Assembly (NCBI RefSeq): GCF_018350175.1
Contig: NC_058368.1
Span: 170,936,001-171,000,000 of the forward strand
Source: Felis catus
Taxonomy: Eukaryota
Direction: 5' to 3'
Length of the DNA stretch: 64,000 nt
Part shown: piece after piece, positions 12,283-25,710 of the stretch
Position numbering within the stretch: position 1 is the stretch's first letter
How the letters are laid out: the number at the start of each line of letters is the position of its first letter
The notes under the pieces: generated by a model
Databases searched by the model: none
What the model was told of the DNA's origin: nothing
Seen by the model: only the letters and a program-made list of their open reading frames with translations
Program-made: the position numbers and the translations under genes

Positions 12283-12845
12283 AGGGACCTTGCAAACTCA
12301 TGTGTTTAGGGAGATGTCACAGATAAGGCAAATATATCAAGTGAGATGACTGGAAGATGAGGGAAGGGCAATGGGCACTTGGTATCCACACTGTAGAGAT
12401 GTGTGACAAAGGACTGTGACAATCCAGGGTGCCCTGTCTAAAGTGAGTGCTTTCTCCTATAGGTGACCAGGAGGACCTTGTGTTGCCAAATCTTTAGGTA
12501 ATTGCAGAAAAGTTAGTGATCTGTATTTTAGAGAGAGGGTGCAAGTGAGCGAGGGGCAGAAAGAAGGAGAGAAGTGGGGCTCACCCAAAGCAGGGCTTGC
12601 ACTCACCCGATGTGGGACTTGAACTCACCAACCGTGAGATCATGACCTGAGCTGAAGTTAGATGCTTAACTGACTGAGCCACCCAGCCATCCCAGAAATA
12701 TATATTTTTGATAAAATTTCCCATTTTGAAAATATCAAACGTGTAATAATCTGTCTTTAAAAACATTGATTGGGCAACTCAACATGTATAGGGCAAAAAT
12801 ACTTCTTGTGTTGAATATAGTCCATGAGCTGCCAATTCACCACCC
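12283..12845 (-). mobile_element. MER102-like hAT-Charlie MITE interrupted by a SINE
   Basis: Recalled motifs 'gcaaactca', 'tgttgccaaatct', 'gataaaatttcccattttgaaaat', 'gagctgccaattcaccacc'. Confidence 0.5.
12525..12692 (-). mobile_element. CAN-SINE (older)
   Basis: Reverse SINE head gagatcatgacctgagctgaag...gactgagccacc. Confidence 0.9.
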
Positions 12846-12954
12846 ATTTAAAAAGAAGCCATTTTTAATACTAGAACTAAGGTATTATTAAAATAATGTC
12901 CAAATTACTAAGGAAATATATATAGACATATACATGTGTATACATATATATATA

Positions 12955-13130
12955 GTTTTTTTTTATGTTTATTTACTTTGAGAGAGTGTGTGTGCACACA
13001 TGTGGCTGAGGGGCAGAAAGAGAGAGAGAGAGAGAATCCCAACGCAGGGCTCGATCTCTGAACCGAGAGATCATGACCTGAGCCAAAATCAAGAGTCAGA
13101 TGCTTAACCACCTGAGCCACCCAGGCACCC
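12955..13130 (-). mobile_element. CAN-SINE
   Basis: Poly-T, tttattt, (GA)n, ...gagccacccaggcaccc. Confidence 0.93.
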
Positions 13131-13497
13131 TGAGGAACTCTATTTTGATGGGAATAAAACTAAATGAGGTCCTATGTTAATCTGAATCCCCAGATAAGTT
13201 TTCATAAGTCTCAGTATTTAGTTCATATAATCAAGCATGTTGGAGGAATGGGAAGGACAGTGAGCACTGTGAGTTCAGAAGACAAAACATGGCTGGTACA
13301 GTCACAGAAGACTTCAAGGAAGAGGTAGAGCTTGATCTGTCTTTCAAAGGGTGGTTGGATTTGGAAAAACAGATGACAGGGGACATTTTTCTGGGAAGAA
13401 GGCACAGTGGGACTATAAGTCCGAAGGAAGAAACTATGAGATGCTTTATTCTCTCACTGAGCAGACAGAAACAGCACAGACCCAATGCTGGGCACAA

Positions 13498-13542
13498 TAA
13501 ATGAATGAATGAATGAATGAATGAATGAATGAATGAATGAAT
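13498..13542 (+). repeat. (GAAT)n microsatellite at a probable L2 3' end
   Basis: About 10 perfect units following 'gctgggcacaataa'. Confidence 0.9.
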
Positions 13543-16500
13543 ACCAACTTGAAACAAAAACATTACTGCTTACTTAAAATCCTTAGCTTCCCATACTATG
13601 GATGAGAGGCATGAAAAATGGAATTTATCTTAGAATGTAGACTCAGGTATTTGACTAAGGTGCCTTAAAAACTGACAATCTGAACAGCATTGCATTAGTG
13701 CTCAGAGCACTTTCTTAAATTATGTTCATGTGGATATAATTTCTCCCATTTTTTTCCCCAGAAGACTTGCATCTCTTCAGTTTTTTCATTCTATACACTG
13801 CCACGGTGTTCATAGGTCACAAGCCTAACTTTGAATTTCATTTGTAAGCCTGGGATCTCAAGCCTGGATTTTTTCCAAGAAGTTAAAAGTTTACTCGCCC
13901 CTGAGGTCAATTGGAGTTGCCTTCTTTGACACTCGTCACCTGTGGTCCTCAAAGGGCTTGGTGGTTTCAACATTAATTTGAGCAGATAAGATTAAATATT
14001 ATAATAGTTTTACTACATAAGACCTTAGCTTTCTGTATAGTTTGATTACACATCTGTTGCTGCAGACCTACCTCCTACAGCCTTGCTGTGCAAAGTTACG
14101 GTGAGGGTGGGACTGTGCAGTTAGTTAATCTCCAATCAGGGCTGTCCAGAGGAGTCTGCAAGCGTGGGTGGGGGTTCTGGAAGGGTGCCAATGGAGGCTT
14201 GCCTAGGACTATCAGGAGACAGGAAGAAAGTTAATTAAAAGTCCAGTTAAGTTGACTCAAAAGATTAATAAATCAAAAAGTTCATCAGGCTGGAGGAGCT
14301 AAGTGGGACATGATCCAAAGGATCAAAGTGAGGGTCAGAAATAGGATGACTGGAAACAAAGCCAACCCAGGAACTCACCCTGGGAATGCTGGGACAGTGC
14401 TCTGGCAACATCTTATGCACAGGCCAGTGAGCCCAGCTGGACAGAGCCCTTGCTCTGACAGCACCAGAGCCTGGATGGATCCTCATAATTTCTTGGGAAG
14501 GAAGCAGTATCGAGGCAAGTTTGAAGGCACCAGTTTTGAAGCATTGTTTTCCTGGTTTGTTAAGTGAGAGATGTGTGTTGATGTTCTCTTGTGTTTTTGT
14601 GAATGCTACTAACATTCTCTGACATCATCAGGATAAGGCACCTAAAGCATTAATCTTGTGTCTGTCCTGGAACCAGCCAGTTCTCCCTGAAACTTTGCAA
14701 ATCTATCCCCAGTGAACATGCAGAACATCAATACTGATCTGCCCGGTGACATCTAAGGAGAGCTAACAGCTGGAGCCCAGCCCCAAAATACCTATCCTTC
14801 CTTGACAGTGGAGGGCACCTTGGTCAGCACCTTCTGCAGGAAGGAAATGGCTGTGGAGAGTTCCTTTCCATATGCCCCCAGATCAGGCCCTCAAATCTGG
14901 GGAAATGCTTGCAACAGGAATGTGCCATCCAAAAAATCAAATACACCGATTAGACTAAAAGAAAGTGAGTATAGCACATGCCAAGTTTGCCTGTGGTCAC
15001 ATAAATGAGCCTTAGCTGTTTCCTGAAGATAGGAGCTGGAACTCTCATGGGTAAAGCTGACTGAGATCACACATTTCACCCTTGGCCTACTTTGTTTATC
15101 TCCAGACCACTGAAGCATTCAGTCTAGACCGTACAGTATTTCCAGTATCTCCTGTTACTTCTTTCCCAAGCATCTGGTTTTTCTCAGGCCCCACGTGACC
15201 CACCCTGCACAGCCTTGTGCTGGGATCCAAGAACTGACGAATGTCCCACTCATGCTTGGGTCACTGAAGACATTTGTTGAAGTCTGTTGCCTGTCTTCTA
15301 AGGTGGCCCCTCACACGGTGGGTTTTCCTTCTGGACAGAGAATTTGGGGGTCCTTGGATATTCCTTTCTACTGACTTCAGAACTCAAGAAAGGGAATATC
15401 CAGGGAGCTCCTGTCCTAGGAACTCTGACTCCAGGCTTGACATCCTGGGAACTTCTTGGGTGAAAGCACTGAACCTCTTTGGGAAGGCCTCAGCTACCAT
15501 ACATATTGGCCTTCGCATTGTTCATGTCCATTGTAGATGGAATGTATTATGTTCTTGCTTTTCTTCACTCTGCAGTGTTTAAAACCTTACCAATAAACAA
15601 GTATTTAATGAGCAGCTGCAATATAACTGTGCTAAGTTAACTTCTTTAGTGAGAGCTTCTGATCTCAAGCTTATCACCAAAGTGAAATGATAAAAATAAT
15701 TTTTGTAAAGGAATATTGAGTAACATAAGGCAGAGTGTCATGAAAGCCCTAATTGTGAGTGGCAGACAAGGTCTGTGAACATGGAATTGAAAGGGAGAGC
15801 TATGGCTATGCTTTCAAGCAGAAACAGATTTATGGTAGGCTTATAGGATGGGTAGAAGCTGAACAGTGGATGGATAATGAAGACTTTTTATGCAAGAAAA
15901 TTATCTGAATTCATTCAGATAGTAAATAGTGAACTAGGTAAAGCATTGGACAATAGTCTAGGTTTATTTATTATTATTAGATTAGGTTTATTATGTTGCC
16001 TCACATCTTTTATTATCTTTTTATTTGGTACAAGAAAAGAAATAAGATTTCTATTTGATACAGATTCAAATAATCCAAGTCCCTATTTAACTCTGCCCTT
16101 TGGGTCCAAGGATGACATTCCTGATTCTCATGAACTTTGGCCAAAACACCATATGCTCCTTCAACATTACAACATTTTCTTTCAGCCAATAATTTTATAT
16201 TATTGTGCTGGATATTGTCTGCTTGTGATCAGATCCATTTCTACCCATGGCTTTTCCCAGTCCCTTTCATATAACTTTCATATAACATATGTTCCTTTTG
16301 TCTCATGAATGGTCTAGTCCGTTAAGATGCAATTCACATTCATATATGTAATTCACATTCATCTTGGGTTTCAAAAAGTCTTGGTGGCCTTTTATTAATC
16401 TATTTCAAAATATGAAACAATAAGCCACCAATAATTGACATCCAAAGGAGATATACTGGCAACTTCAGGAGCTCCTGAGGCCAGAAACAGGCTCAGGAAC

Positions 16501-16880
16501 TCCCTCAGAGACCTATGAAGGGGCCAATGCAATCTCAGTGTTGAAGACAGGTGCCAAGAAAGATATCCATGATGGGAACAATGTCAGTGTTTAGAACCAG
16601 ACAGTGCTTCATATGGGTAATGTAATCAGAACTGCAGGAGACAACACAGTTGGTCACAAGGAAGTTTGTGCAGACCAAGTGCAGACCTTTGCACTTGGAC
16701 AATCTACCCTTAAAACATGTTTTGAGTTGTACCTGATGGTTCCAAGTTATGACCAAGCCTGTATCTCACACACGTTTGGGGTGAGTTCACTAAAGGGTTA
16801 ACACTGAGGCATGGCTATGAGAAAAGGGAAGAACAATTGTGTAAGTAAGCAACCATAGCTTTAACATGCCCAGTGGGGCT

Positions 16881-16940
16881 GTTTTTGTTTTTGTTTTTGT
16901 TTTTTTTTTTTTTTTTTTTTGTTGTTGTTGTTGTTGTTTT
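16881..16940. repeat. (GTTTTT)n / T-run / (GTT)n compound microsatellite
   Basis: Direct reading. Confidence 0.9.
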
Positions 16941-17465
16941 ATAAATAGAGGATTTATTGGAAGATGTTTGGAACTCCATTGTAGAGATACTGAATGTGCA
17001 CAGTGGAACAGGATTTGGAGTTTGGAATATGTATGAGAGCCAGATATTCTGGCCAAAGAGTGAGCAGTTTTGTCTCTCACAAGCAAAACAAATCCCATTG
17101 GGTACCATTTGTTCCTTGGCTACATTAGAAAATACTCCTAAAAGAGACAACACCTGAATTATTGGGACATTTATAGTATCCTTATTTTCACAAAGGGGGA
17201 AGCATGATTCTTTGATAAATGAACACAAATTTTATTTGATAAAATTTAAAAATGCTGGACCTGATTCTAGGAATGAGATATAAATGTCCTTTCAGTGTAT
17301 ATCCTGTTTAATTGCATTAAATGTTATTTAAGGTCTAGAACAAGTACACCCCCAAAGTGAGACATGTAAACCCTGAAAGTGAGTATCCTTTTGAGATGCA
17401 GCTTAGAGACTGGAAGACTTTGGGAAAGGTCTTCCTGGATAAGTAATACTGCCTTCATTCATTTG

Positions 17466-17524
17466 ACTGCCAGGAATGAGTAGTGGAGAGAATACACTGC
17501 ATGGAATGAGTAGTGGAGAGAATA
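17466..17524 (+). repeat. 30-bp-period tandem duplication
   Basis: actgc(ca/at)ggaatgagtagtggagagaata x2. Confidence 0.9.
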
Positions 17525-17879
17525 AGAAGCAAGGTGTACTTGATTCACTATATCAACAAGTATGTTTTGAGTCCTGCTACATGGTAGTCACTGTGATAGG
17601 GATTGAAGATACGGGGATGAGCAATCCTTGCTCTCAGCTTGCTCTCAGTGAATGGGTGGGAGGACAATAATTCAGAAAAGTACTTGTTTTGATATATATG
17701 ACGAAGTGGAAATGCTTAGGAATGACTCTTCTGGAATTTGTGTAGCTAATGTGTGCGAGCGGTTGGGTTATGTCATAGGCCGTTTCCTTTAGGTAATGAA
17801 CTCTAACTTATGAATTGAAGGAGGATTTAGAATTAGCCAAGGAATATTAAGGTATGGACTAAATTGCTCCACACTGCCT

Positions 17880-18359
17880 CAGACAATTTAGCATGCCACA
17901 GTTTCATGGATGGGAATAGACACGAGACTCCTAATTCAGAGACAAATGACTGTATGTTATTTTTGGCAGTAGCAGCAGCCAGAGTATCAGCATTGGCTCC
18001 TGTTACCTGAGTCCCAAATCTCTCAGGGCACCCTAAAAGGGGCAGGAGATACTTGTAACAGCGGACAGTTACTTTACAAGAGAGGAACCCCATATTTAGG
18101 AAACCAAATCTTTCATAATTGGCATTACGTCCATCTGACTTTTACCCCAAAGGAAGACATTATCTTTATTATCCTGGATAGTTAACAAACTTGTCCTTCG
18201 CTCTGGATGGAGATACTATCTCTATCTTCTAAAGATGTTTGCAACACGATGTCCTTGAAAAGAAGGAAAAAAAAACCCACATTTGGAACAAAGGTAGTCA
18301 ATGCCTTTGCTCACCAGATCAGCAGAAAAGTTAAATCCATGGAGAATTATCTCTTAACA
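17880..18359 (-). mobile_element. Ancient ERV LTR (MER89-like, name recalled)
   Basis: Reverse start TGTTAAGAGATAATTCTCCATGG and U5-like end ...catccatgaaactgtggca. Confidence 0.65.
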
Positions 18360-18379
18360 TCTATCTCTGTCCTCTAGGG

Positions 18380-18568
18380 CAGGCATTGGCAAATTATGAC
18401 CCACAGGCAAAATAACCCACCTCCTGTTTTTGTAAATAAAGTTTTATTGGCACACAGCTAAACACATTCATTTAAGTATTGTCTGTGGTGGCTTTAATGC
18501 TACAATGGCAGAGATAGTTTCCATGCAGACCATATGACCTCTTCACAGAAAAAGTTTGCCAATCTCTG
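18380..18568 (+). mobile_element. MER58A-like hAT-Charlie MITE
   Basis: TIRs caggcattggcaaa / tttgccaatctctg, 8-bp TSD ctctaggg/ctctagga, core gtaaataaagttttattgg. Confidence 0.85.
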
Positions 18569-18659
18569 CTCTAGGATATGGTCATTCTCCACCTGACTGA
18601 AGTTGACTGGTGAGTACTACATCAACAATCCACCTGTAGGGGGAGGGGAAAGAAGAAGA

Positions 18660-19210
18660 GCCAACAATTTATTTAAAGGATGTGACCCAGAAGTTGACTT
18701 CTATTCACTTCTCACTGGCCAGAACTTAGTTGCATGTTTTGTTAGGTGTCCCCAGACTTCTTGCTAGTGTTAGCGAGTCACTAGAAGTGTCAATAGGTCT
18801 CAGCATATAGCCTTATTCATGGCCAAGATTTATTACAATCAAAGCAGGTGTTCAGCATAACCTATATAAAATATATATAAAATATATATTAATATATATA
18901 TTATAAAATATATATAATATATATAAAATTGCATTAAAATAATGCAATTTGGGCACAGTGAACCACTCTTTACAGGGACTGGTGCCAACTCTCCTGACAT
19001 CTGAGTTTCCAGATGCCAGCCAAGAGTCAACCTTACAGGGAGCCTTTCCAAGGGTAACCGACTTGGGTTCACATAAATGCCTACACTTGGGTGCAGTAGA
19101 AGCTGGGGAATATAGTCCAGATAAGATTCTGTGTGCCCAGTTAAAACTTGGGAGGTTTGATTACTGAAAGATGAAGAATAAATACCATAAATAATTAGTT
19201 TCTGTCACAC
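18660..19210. mobile_element. MaLR (MLT1) remnant interrupted by a MER21/MER77-like LTR piece and an AT-rich tract
   Basis: 'cactggccagaacttag' ... 'ccagatgccagccaagagtcaacctt' ... 'gaagctggggaatatagt'. Confidence 0.45.
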
Positions 19211-19231
19211 AGTGGAAGAGGGGCCAGGTTA

Positions 19232-19400
19232 AAGTTCTCAGCCAGGGAACTGTTGACATTTTGGGCTGGATAATTCTTTATTGAGGGAGGCTGTCCTGTA
19301 CGTGTCGGTGGTACCCCTCTCAATCCTGACAATCAAAAGTGTCTCCAAACATTGCCAAATGTGCTTTGGGGTCAGAGACGTCTCAGTTCAGACAGATCCA
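19232..19400. mobile_element. MER20 hAT MITE
   Basis: 'actgttgacattttgggctggataattctt...tgtctccaaacattgccaaatg'. Confidence 0.8.
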
Positions 19401-19409
19401 AGCTAGTAT

Positions 19410-19990
19410 GTGAAAGCCAGAGAGAGAGACACCAGGCCTTGTTCAGAAAAACTGTTACTTTGTTACAGGTTGAGAATAAATGAGAGATGGAAAGTAGCAA
19501 GAAAAAGGCTGAAGGTATAGGCTGGACCCAGGTAATAAAGAAGTTTGCCATAATAAGGGGTTTGGATTTTTTGAAGAATCACTGAAAGATTATGAAGAGC
19601 CACTGGAAGACATTTAAGCCAAGAATCATATTTGTATTTTCAGAAAACCAGTTTGACTTACATATGGAGAATTAATGAAAAGGCAAATAGTCTGGGATCA
19701 GAAAGACTAATGAGAAGGGTATTTCACTCACGCAGGTGAGAAATGTTGAGGAACGAAATGATGTCATTGGCAGTTGAGAAGAATAAAAAGTGAAGGATCT
19801 GAGTGTGATAAGTAGAAGTTTTGCTTTGGGCCTCTGGGTAAGTAGATTACCATTCACAGAGCTAACAATGAAGATAAGAGAATAGTGGAAGGGGAGGAGT
19901 GATCAGATCTATTTTGGGTTTGCTGAGTTTGAAGTGACTGAATTTTCCAACAGAATAATCTGATATGATGGTCACTTAGTATACAGTGAA
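19410..19990 (-). mobile_element. L2 remnant
   Basis: Purine-rich L2 antisense motifs (tttggatttt, gccactggaag, gagtttgaagtg). Confidence 0.55.
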
Positions 19991-21879
19991 TAGAATAGAA
20001 TATAGTGAGGAGATGAAACCTGCACTTACAACCAACTGTTGTCAATATTTCTTTCCTACTGATTTTTTAAAACGCAAAGGCTTCCTTTCAAATGTACATA
20101 AAGTAACTCTTCTACTAAGCTTTTTAGATGAAGGGGGTGATTCCTTCATTCACAATTTATTCAGGTGGGTTTCAAAATATTGCAAATTACTAGCTACCCA
20201 AACGTCTTCATTTCTTCCTGGACTAGGTGTCATTTCTTGGGCACAGTAAATATTTTGGCTTTAGTAACTTTCTGCTTTGAGAACTTGAATCTCCTGGCAC
20301 TCGGTGTCTTCAAGTAGAAATAATCCTTGCAGAGACAAATATATAAAAACTTAGGTACAGATATAGAAACTACTATTCTGGGGTTAAAATGACTTAAGAT
20401 GACATTTCGTACTAGTGACTACAATTTCCCCATCTTCAGTAGAAGGTATACTGTGTCTGGTAGAGTAGCTAAATTTGCATTCTCTCAGGCAAGACATGCA
20501 TCATGTGATTGAAGAATTAGTTGGAGATTAGTTACTTTAATTAGTAATCAAGGCACAAGATACTGAACACAAGAGCACTGATTCTGAGCCCTTGCATACC
20601 TCAGTCCATAATAATAAGGGAAAGTTCTTCTGTACATTCCTTGCGGAGTTTGATATGAGAGTAAACAGTGGGATGAAATGCAGGTTCTAGTCTTTAATGA
20701 CTTGAACACAGATGTTGCCGTTGACAGGAAGAGATATGTTGAGTGTTGTTTCTCCATTTGCTTAGCAAGATTTGACATGTGGTGAGCCAGAATAGAAATT
20801 TGAAGAGTTGAATCAAGATGTGTTGAGGGAACATTGGGTGAAAGCAGTGATGAGGGAAGCAAGTCTGGGTATAACAACATTATGCTGCAGACGGAAACTT
20901 TGTTTAAAAAAAAAAAAACACAAAAAACTTCCCAGGATTGTCTGTTTGGATAAGCTAATTGGTAAATCCAGTTGCTCTTAGAAAAGAATTTTAAAAATCT
21001 ATAGGATACATAGCCAGGATATCATGACTCTAAACAATGTCCATAGTCTATTTGTGTTTGTGTATACAGTGATAAGTGCTTACAGACGGCTTACAGAAGT
21101 GCTTTAGCTGGGGGAAATAAAATCAGGTGATGGGGTATGGAGGAGGAGTTGTGCACTGGTCCCAAACTGCTAAGTTTTCTGAGGCTTTTTGATTCATAGT
21201 CCCTGTGGTTTCCAATACTGGCAAAGGCTAGGGAGTGTACCATAGGTCGGTTAACAAGTATAAGTATTCCATCCTGTTAAGATAGGGATGGTAATATTTG
21301 TAGGTCTCTTCTTTGATCAAAGAAAATGGCCTGTTGAATAATGATACACGCATGGCACCATTTCAAGCATTAGAGTTTTGACCCTAACATTGTCACATCT
21401 TAAGCATTCACCAGTTAGACTGTTTTTTTTTTTTTTTTTTACCTCCCCTAAGAGCCAGGATTTAATTTATTGCCATAAGATTCTCTTTTCCCACCAACCA
21501 TCCTTGCTAATTCCTGAAGGTTTATTCATTACTTTTGAATTGTCTACCATGTCTTTCCCTCCTTTGTGGTTGTGTTCAAAACTAAAACAGGGTGAGGGCA
21601 GTGAAGTTTGATGTTCTTTGAGATCAGGCACCTGCCACTTAATGCAGTGGGGTTGTGTTCATGCTGATACTTGCCAAAGCCAGTGCTCTGGACGTCATGC
21701 CTGTCAAAATCCATATCCTGTTTTCAAATTAGCCTGTTGGATGGCATTTTAAAAACCTTATAAAGTCACTAAGCTACTAATAACTGATGTTCATGAGATG
21801 GGTTACTCCTTTTCACATATATATTCCTTTATTCTGTAAATAGTTATTAACCTTTATGCTAGGCATTGGGAACCTATGG

Positions 21880-22345
21880 ATCTTGTCAGTCAGGGTCCTG
21901 AAGGGAAACAGATGGCACACTTAAGTTGGGTGATTTGAAGACAGTATCATAAAATGACTATTTACGTATTATCAGTTGGATTGAGTTGAATCACAGAGAA
22001 AGGACATTGCAGCTTCCTGGGGCTATTAATAGTGGTGGGCAAGTCATTGGCACCAGGAAGCAAGAAGAGGGGAGAGGAGACTGAGTCAGGGAGAGCTGTG
22101 GAGAGAAGGCCGATGTTAGGAAGCCATGACCTGCAGTAAAGGAATCTGACGGTCCTGATGACTTTGTGGGAACGGCATTGGGGAAAAATAAATGTCTACC
22201 TCACCCTTTGAACGTTCATCTCCTTTTGGTGCCTTCTATCAGTTAAACCCCAGAGGACACTGCTGGTATTATCCATACAGATCAGCTTCTTAAGACACAG
22301 CAGTCTTGAGAATGCAGGGTTGTGGAGCTGGAGGGGCAAAGGAAG
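21880..22345. mobile_element. Ancient LTR remnant
   Basis: 'tgtcagtcagggtcctg...aaacagatggcacact' resembles old ERVL/ERV1 LTR ends. Confidence 0.45.
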
Positions 22346-22389
22346 ACACGTCACACACAAACGACAGGGATCTGTCCCAGGAGCCTACA

Positions 22390-22580
22390 ACAGCACTTCC
22401 TATGCTTCAGCAGATCAGAGAATCACATGGAGACCTTGTTAAAATGCAGATTCTTGGGCCTTACCCTCCAGCAGTTCCGATTCAGCAGATCTAGAGTGAG
22501 ATGGGAAAATTAGCATTTCTAACACATTCCTGGTGTGGCCTAGGCTCCTATTCTATAGATCACATTTAGTGTAGCACTAA
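22390..22580. mobile_element. MER5A hAT MITE
   Basis: 'gaatcacatggagaccttgttaaaatgcagattcttgggcc...gcatttctaaca'. Confidence 0.85.
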
Positions 22581-23389
22581 TCGGACATTTTGAGGCAGGA
22601 AAATACCAAACCCTAACAAATGGATGTCTAATAGCAGAATGTCAGCTCTACTACAATAATTTAAAGATAATTTGCTACTTTTGTAGCACACTATTGTCAA
22701 ATCTATTTTCAGGCAACCTGATCTTGACTAGAAATCATCAAAGAAGAGCGTTTTGAATTTTCAAGTAGGAACGTAAGGGTGGTCATGGGTTTAACTTTTC
22801 TCCTTATAGGTAAATCTTCCTCTGTAAAGAAGTTATTGCCTCATTCAGGATAAGCTCGAGACCTAGTATGCACAAATGCTAGCCTGTATAGGGACACCAT
22901 AATTACTGTATACTGAATAGGTAGATATACTTTAAAACGTTTTAATTAAAAGAGAATTGAAGTCAGATGACTTCATTTTTGACGTTCTGTAATTTTTGTA
23001 AGGGAACTTTCTAAGCTAAAAAAAAGAAAAAGAAAAAAATCAAACAAAACTGCTCTAGTGAGTACATAGGACAAAACATGGGAAGTCCTCTTCCAAATAT
23101 TCTTGTATAAAAGCCCAATTCTTTCTAATTTGCTACTCCTCCTTTAGCATTATTCCATGAAAGTAATGTATGGTTGACCAACAATGAGGGAAGTGGCTCT
23201 GAGATTAAATCATCAGGGAAGAGGAACTGGCCTCTGACTACTGAGCAAGAGAGAATCAAAGCATTTGAATTGAAAATACCTGCTCAGATCAATCACTTGG
23301 AACATGCATAAACTGATGTTTCACTTCAAATGGTCTTCTTATTTCCCATGAGCTACTTCGAATTCTTCTCTGTATCAGTCAAGCTTTTT

Positions 23390-24830
23390 GTTAGAGTAGA
23401 TTGAACTCATTGCCCTACTTCGTCATCTCCCATTTATTCTTGGCCCATTGACTTCTGATTCTCAACTCTTCCAAAACCTACATTGGCAGAAGTTAACTGT
23501 GCTCATCTGATCTCTCAGCAACACACAGGGCTGTGGACTGCTCCCTTGTGTCATTGGTTTCTGTGGCATTACTTTATCCTGTGTGCCTCCTACCTCCCTG
23601 ATGATTCCTTCTTAAAACTCTGGTAAATCTGTCATGTCATGTTGCTCAGTCTCAATGCAGAGACTTTTCAGAGATGCCCAGAGCAACAGGTAAAAGCAAC
23701 TTAGCCTTACATCCCTCAAAGAATATTAAAGGGAATCTGATTCACCACACTTACCAAAGACTCCTAGAATACTCATAAGTTTCCTTAAATCTTAAATCAC
23801 ACAGCTGATCTGGATCCTCTCATACCACAGTCTCCAAAATTCTCTTCTGGAGCTCTAGATGGGAGGTTCTTTTTCATCCATCTCTTTATTATATTGATTT
23901 TCTTGCCTTTTGTTTCTCTACTATTTTGGAAAGGGGAAGAAACAAGAAATGAGAGGCCAAATACAGGTTTCTTCTTAAAGCATGGATGAGAAATAGAGGA
24001 AAAGCCATGTAGAGGGGTGCTGACTCATACATGAGTACTTTTGTTCCACTGCAGGCTTGTTCTCTTTAATTGACCCATCTTATCTGCCTTTCCCTGAAAT
24101 GCTGGCATCCCCCCAAGTGTCCATGATTGCATTGCCTGTGATTCTAACTTTCTCTCTGAATGGGAATTGTAAACAGTTTTTCTCTTGTCCAGCAGATACT
24201 AGACATCTCCACTTGGATAAACTACAGACCCTTCAGTTCTCAGTGCAACTGCTGCTCCTTGATCAGTCCAGAGCAGTGGGCATCATGCTCGATCCACCCA
24301 CCTCTCCCATATGCCATCTCAAATCAATCACTAAATCTTGGGGTATTCAGTTCTCAAAGTCTCTCAAATCCATTGTTTCTTCCTAGTCCCTAAGTTTTAT
24401 CCTTACATATCTCCTGAACTGTTTCAGCAGTACCTTAAGCATTCTCCTGCTTGCAGACTAGCTCTCCTCAAACCAACTTCACTACTGACAAAGTGGAATA
24501 TCTAAGATGCAAATCTTATTCTGTTATTTCATACTCACTATTTAAAGTGCAGTGTCTCCCTTTTACCTATAAGATCTGGTCCTTTTTGATCTGAGCCCTA
24601 CCTGCTTCTCTCTTTATGCTGCAGCTCTTCTGAAAGGTTGGCACATTCCTCACCAACCATCTTCTATATTTTGGCTTGTTCCTTTCTCTCTGAACTGCCC
24701 TTTGCTCTCCATTAGTTAATGCTGGCTGATGACTTTACCCTATTAGACTGAACTAAGTGACCCACCTTGGTGTTCCTGATCCCACAGCATGGGAGTTATC
24801 ACATAGTATTCTTATGTCTTTTTTGCCAAT
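23390..24830 (+). mobile_element. L2 remnant (with an intervening insert at ~23620-24050)
   Basis: L2 motifs 'gacatctccacttggata', 'ccatctcaaatcaatcactaaatcttg', 'aagatgcaaatct'. Confidence 0.55.
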
Positions 24831-25139
24831 CTCTGAGGATGAATATCTCATAAGTGTTTTGAAGAATGTCAGAGGTGAAATCTAAGTTTGGTGAGAGGAC
24901 AAATCACTGGAACTTAGGAGAACGTGGGCTTACATCCAAATTAACCATTAATCTGCTTTGAAATGTTGGACAAATCACTCCCCTTCACTGCTCCATCTTT
25001 CATAGAAGAAGCTTGGACCATATTATCATATCTACCATGCTGTCATTCCACTTTATACCTTCCCACATGTTTAGAGAGGATGTTCATTGATGTTCACACA
25101 CTACCCTTTCTACTTTTCTCCTCATTGCTTTGCTTTCTT

Positions 25140-25363
25140 TTTTTAAAATTAATTTTTTTAATGTTCATTTTTGAGAAAGAGAGACAGAGCACGAGCAGAG
25201 GAGGGACAGAGAGCGAAGGAGACAGAATTGGAAGCAGGCTCCAGGCTCTGAGCTGTCAGTACAGAGCCCGATGCGGGGCTCGAACTCATGAGCCTTTGAC
25301 CTGTGCGATCATGACCTGAGTCGGAAGTTGGCCACTTAACCGACTGAGCCATCCAGGTGCCCT
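25140..25363 (-). mobile_element. CAN-SINE
   Basis: Reverse SINE; TSD ctttgctttcttt/ctttgctctcttt. Confidence 0.95.
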
Positions 25364-25399
25364 GACTTTGCTCTCTTTCTCCAGGTATTTATCTAAAAT

Positions 25400-25710
25400 A
25401 GTTGTCTCAACCCTGGTTTCTCTGTGCCACTTTACAAGATGCAGATGGCTGGTCTTATCCCAAGGGATTCTGATTTTATTGGTCCAGTGTAGTACTCCAA
25501 CATCAATATTTTAAAAAAGCACTCTAGATAATTCCAATGGCAGTCAAGATTAGCAACTGTTAACATCATACAGTGGTTTTTTTTTCCCCAAAGTTTGGTC
25601 CCTAGAGCAGTAGCATTAGCATCACTTGGAAAATTGTTAGAAATACAGATTCTCAGGCTCCTACTGAATTAGAAACTGTAGTATCTGTAGGTGATTCTGA
25701 TAAACACAAA
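25400..25710. mobile_element. Two adjacent MER5-type MITE remnants
   Basis: 'gattctgattttattggtc', 'gcattagcatcacttggaaaattgttagaaatacagattctcaggc'. Confidence 0.65.

Noticed and set aside
15189..15200. Isolated E-box/USF sites (ccacgtgac; also ~7584 and ~9744)
   Set aside because: Short motifs expected by chance, with no promoter or CpG-island context
15877..16308. 143-aa hydrophobic ORF
   Set aside because: AT-rich sequence yields F/I/L-rich peptides by chance; no family features or splice support
16535..16756. 'SKCKGLHL' resembling the CR1/L3 RT motif KCKVLHL, plus a 9-bp hairpin ccaagtgca/tgcacttgg
   Set aside because: No correctly spaced YADD motif upstream, and a 9-bp stem can arise by chance in 64 kb; a profile-HMM search would settle it
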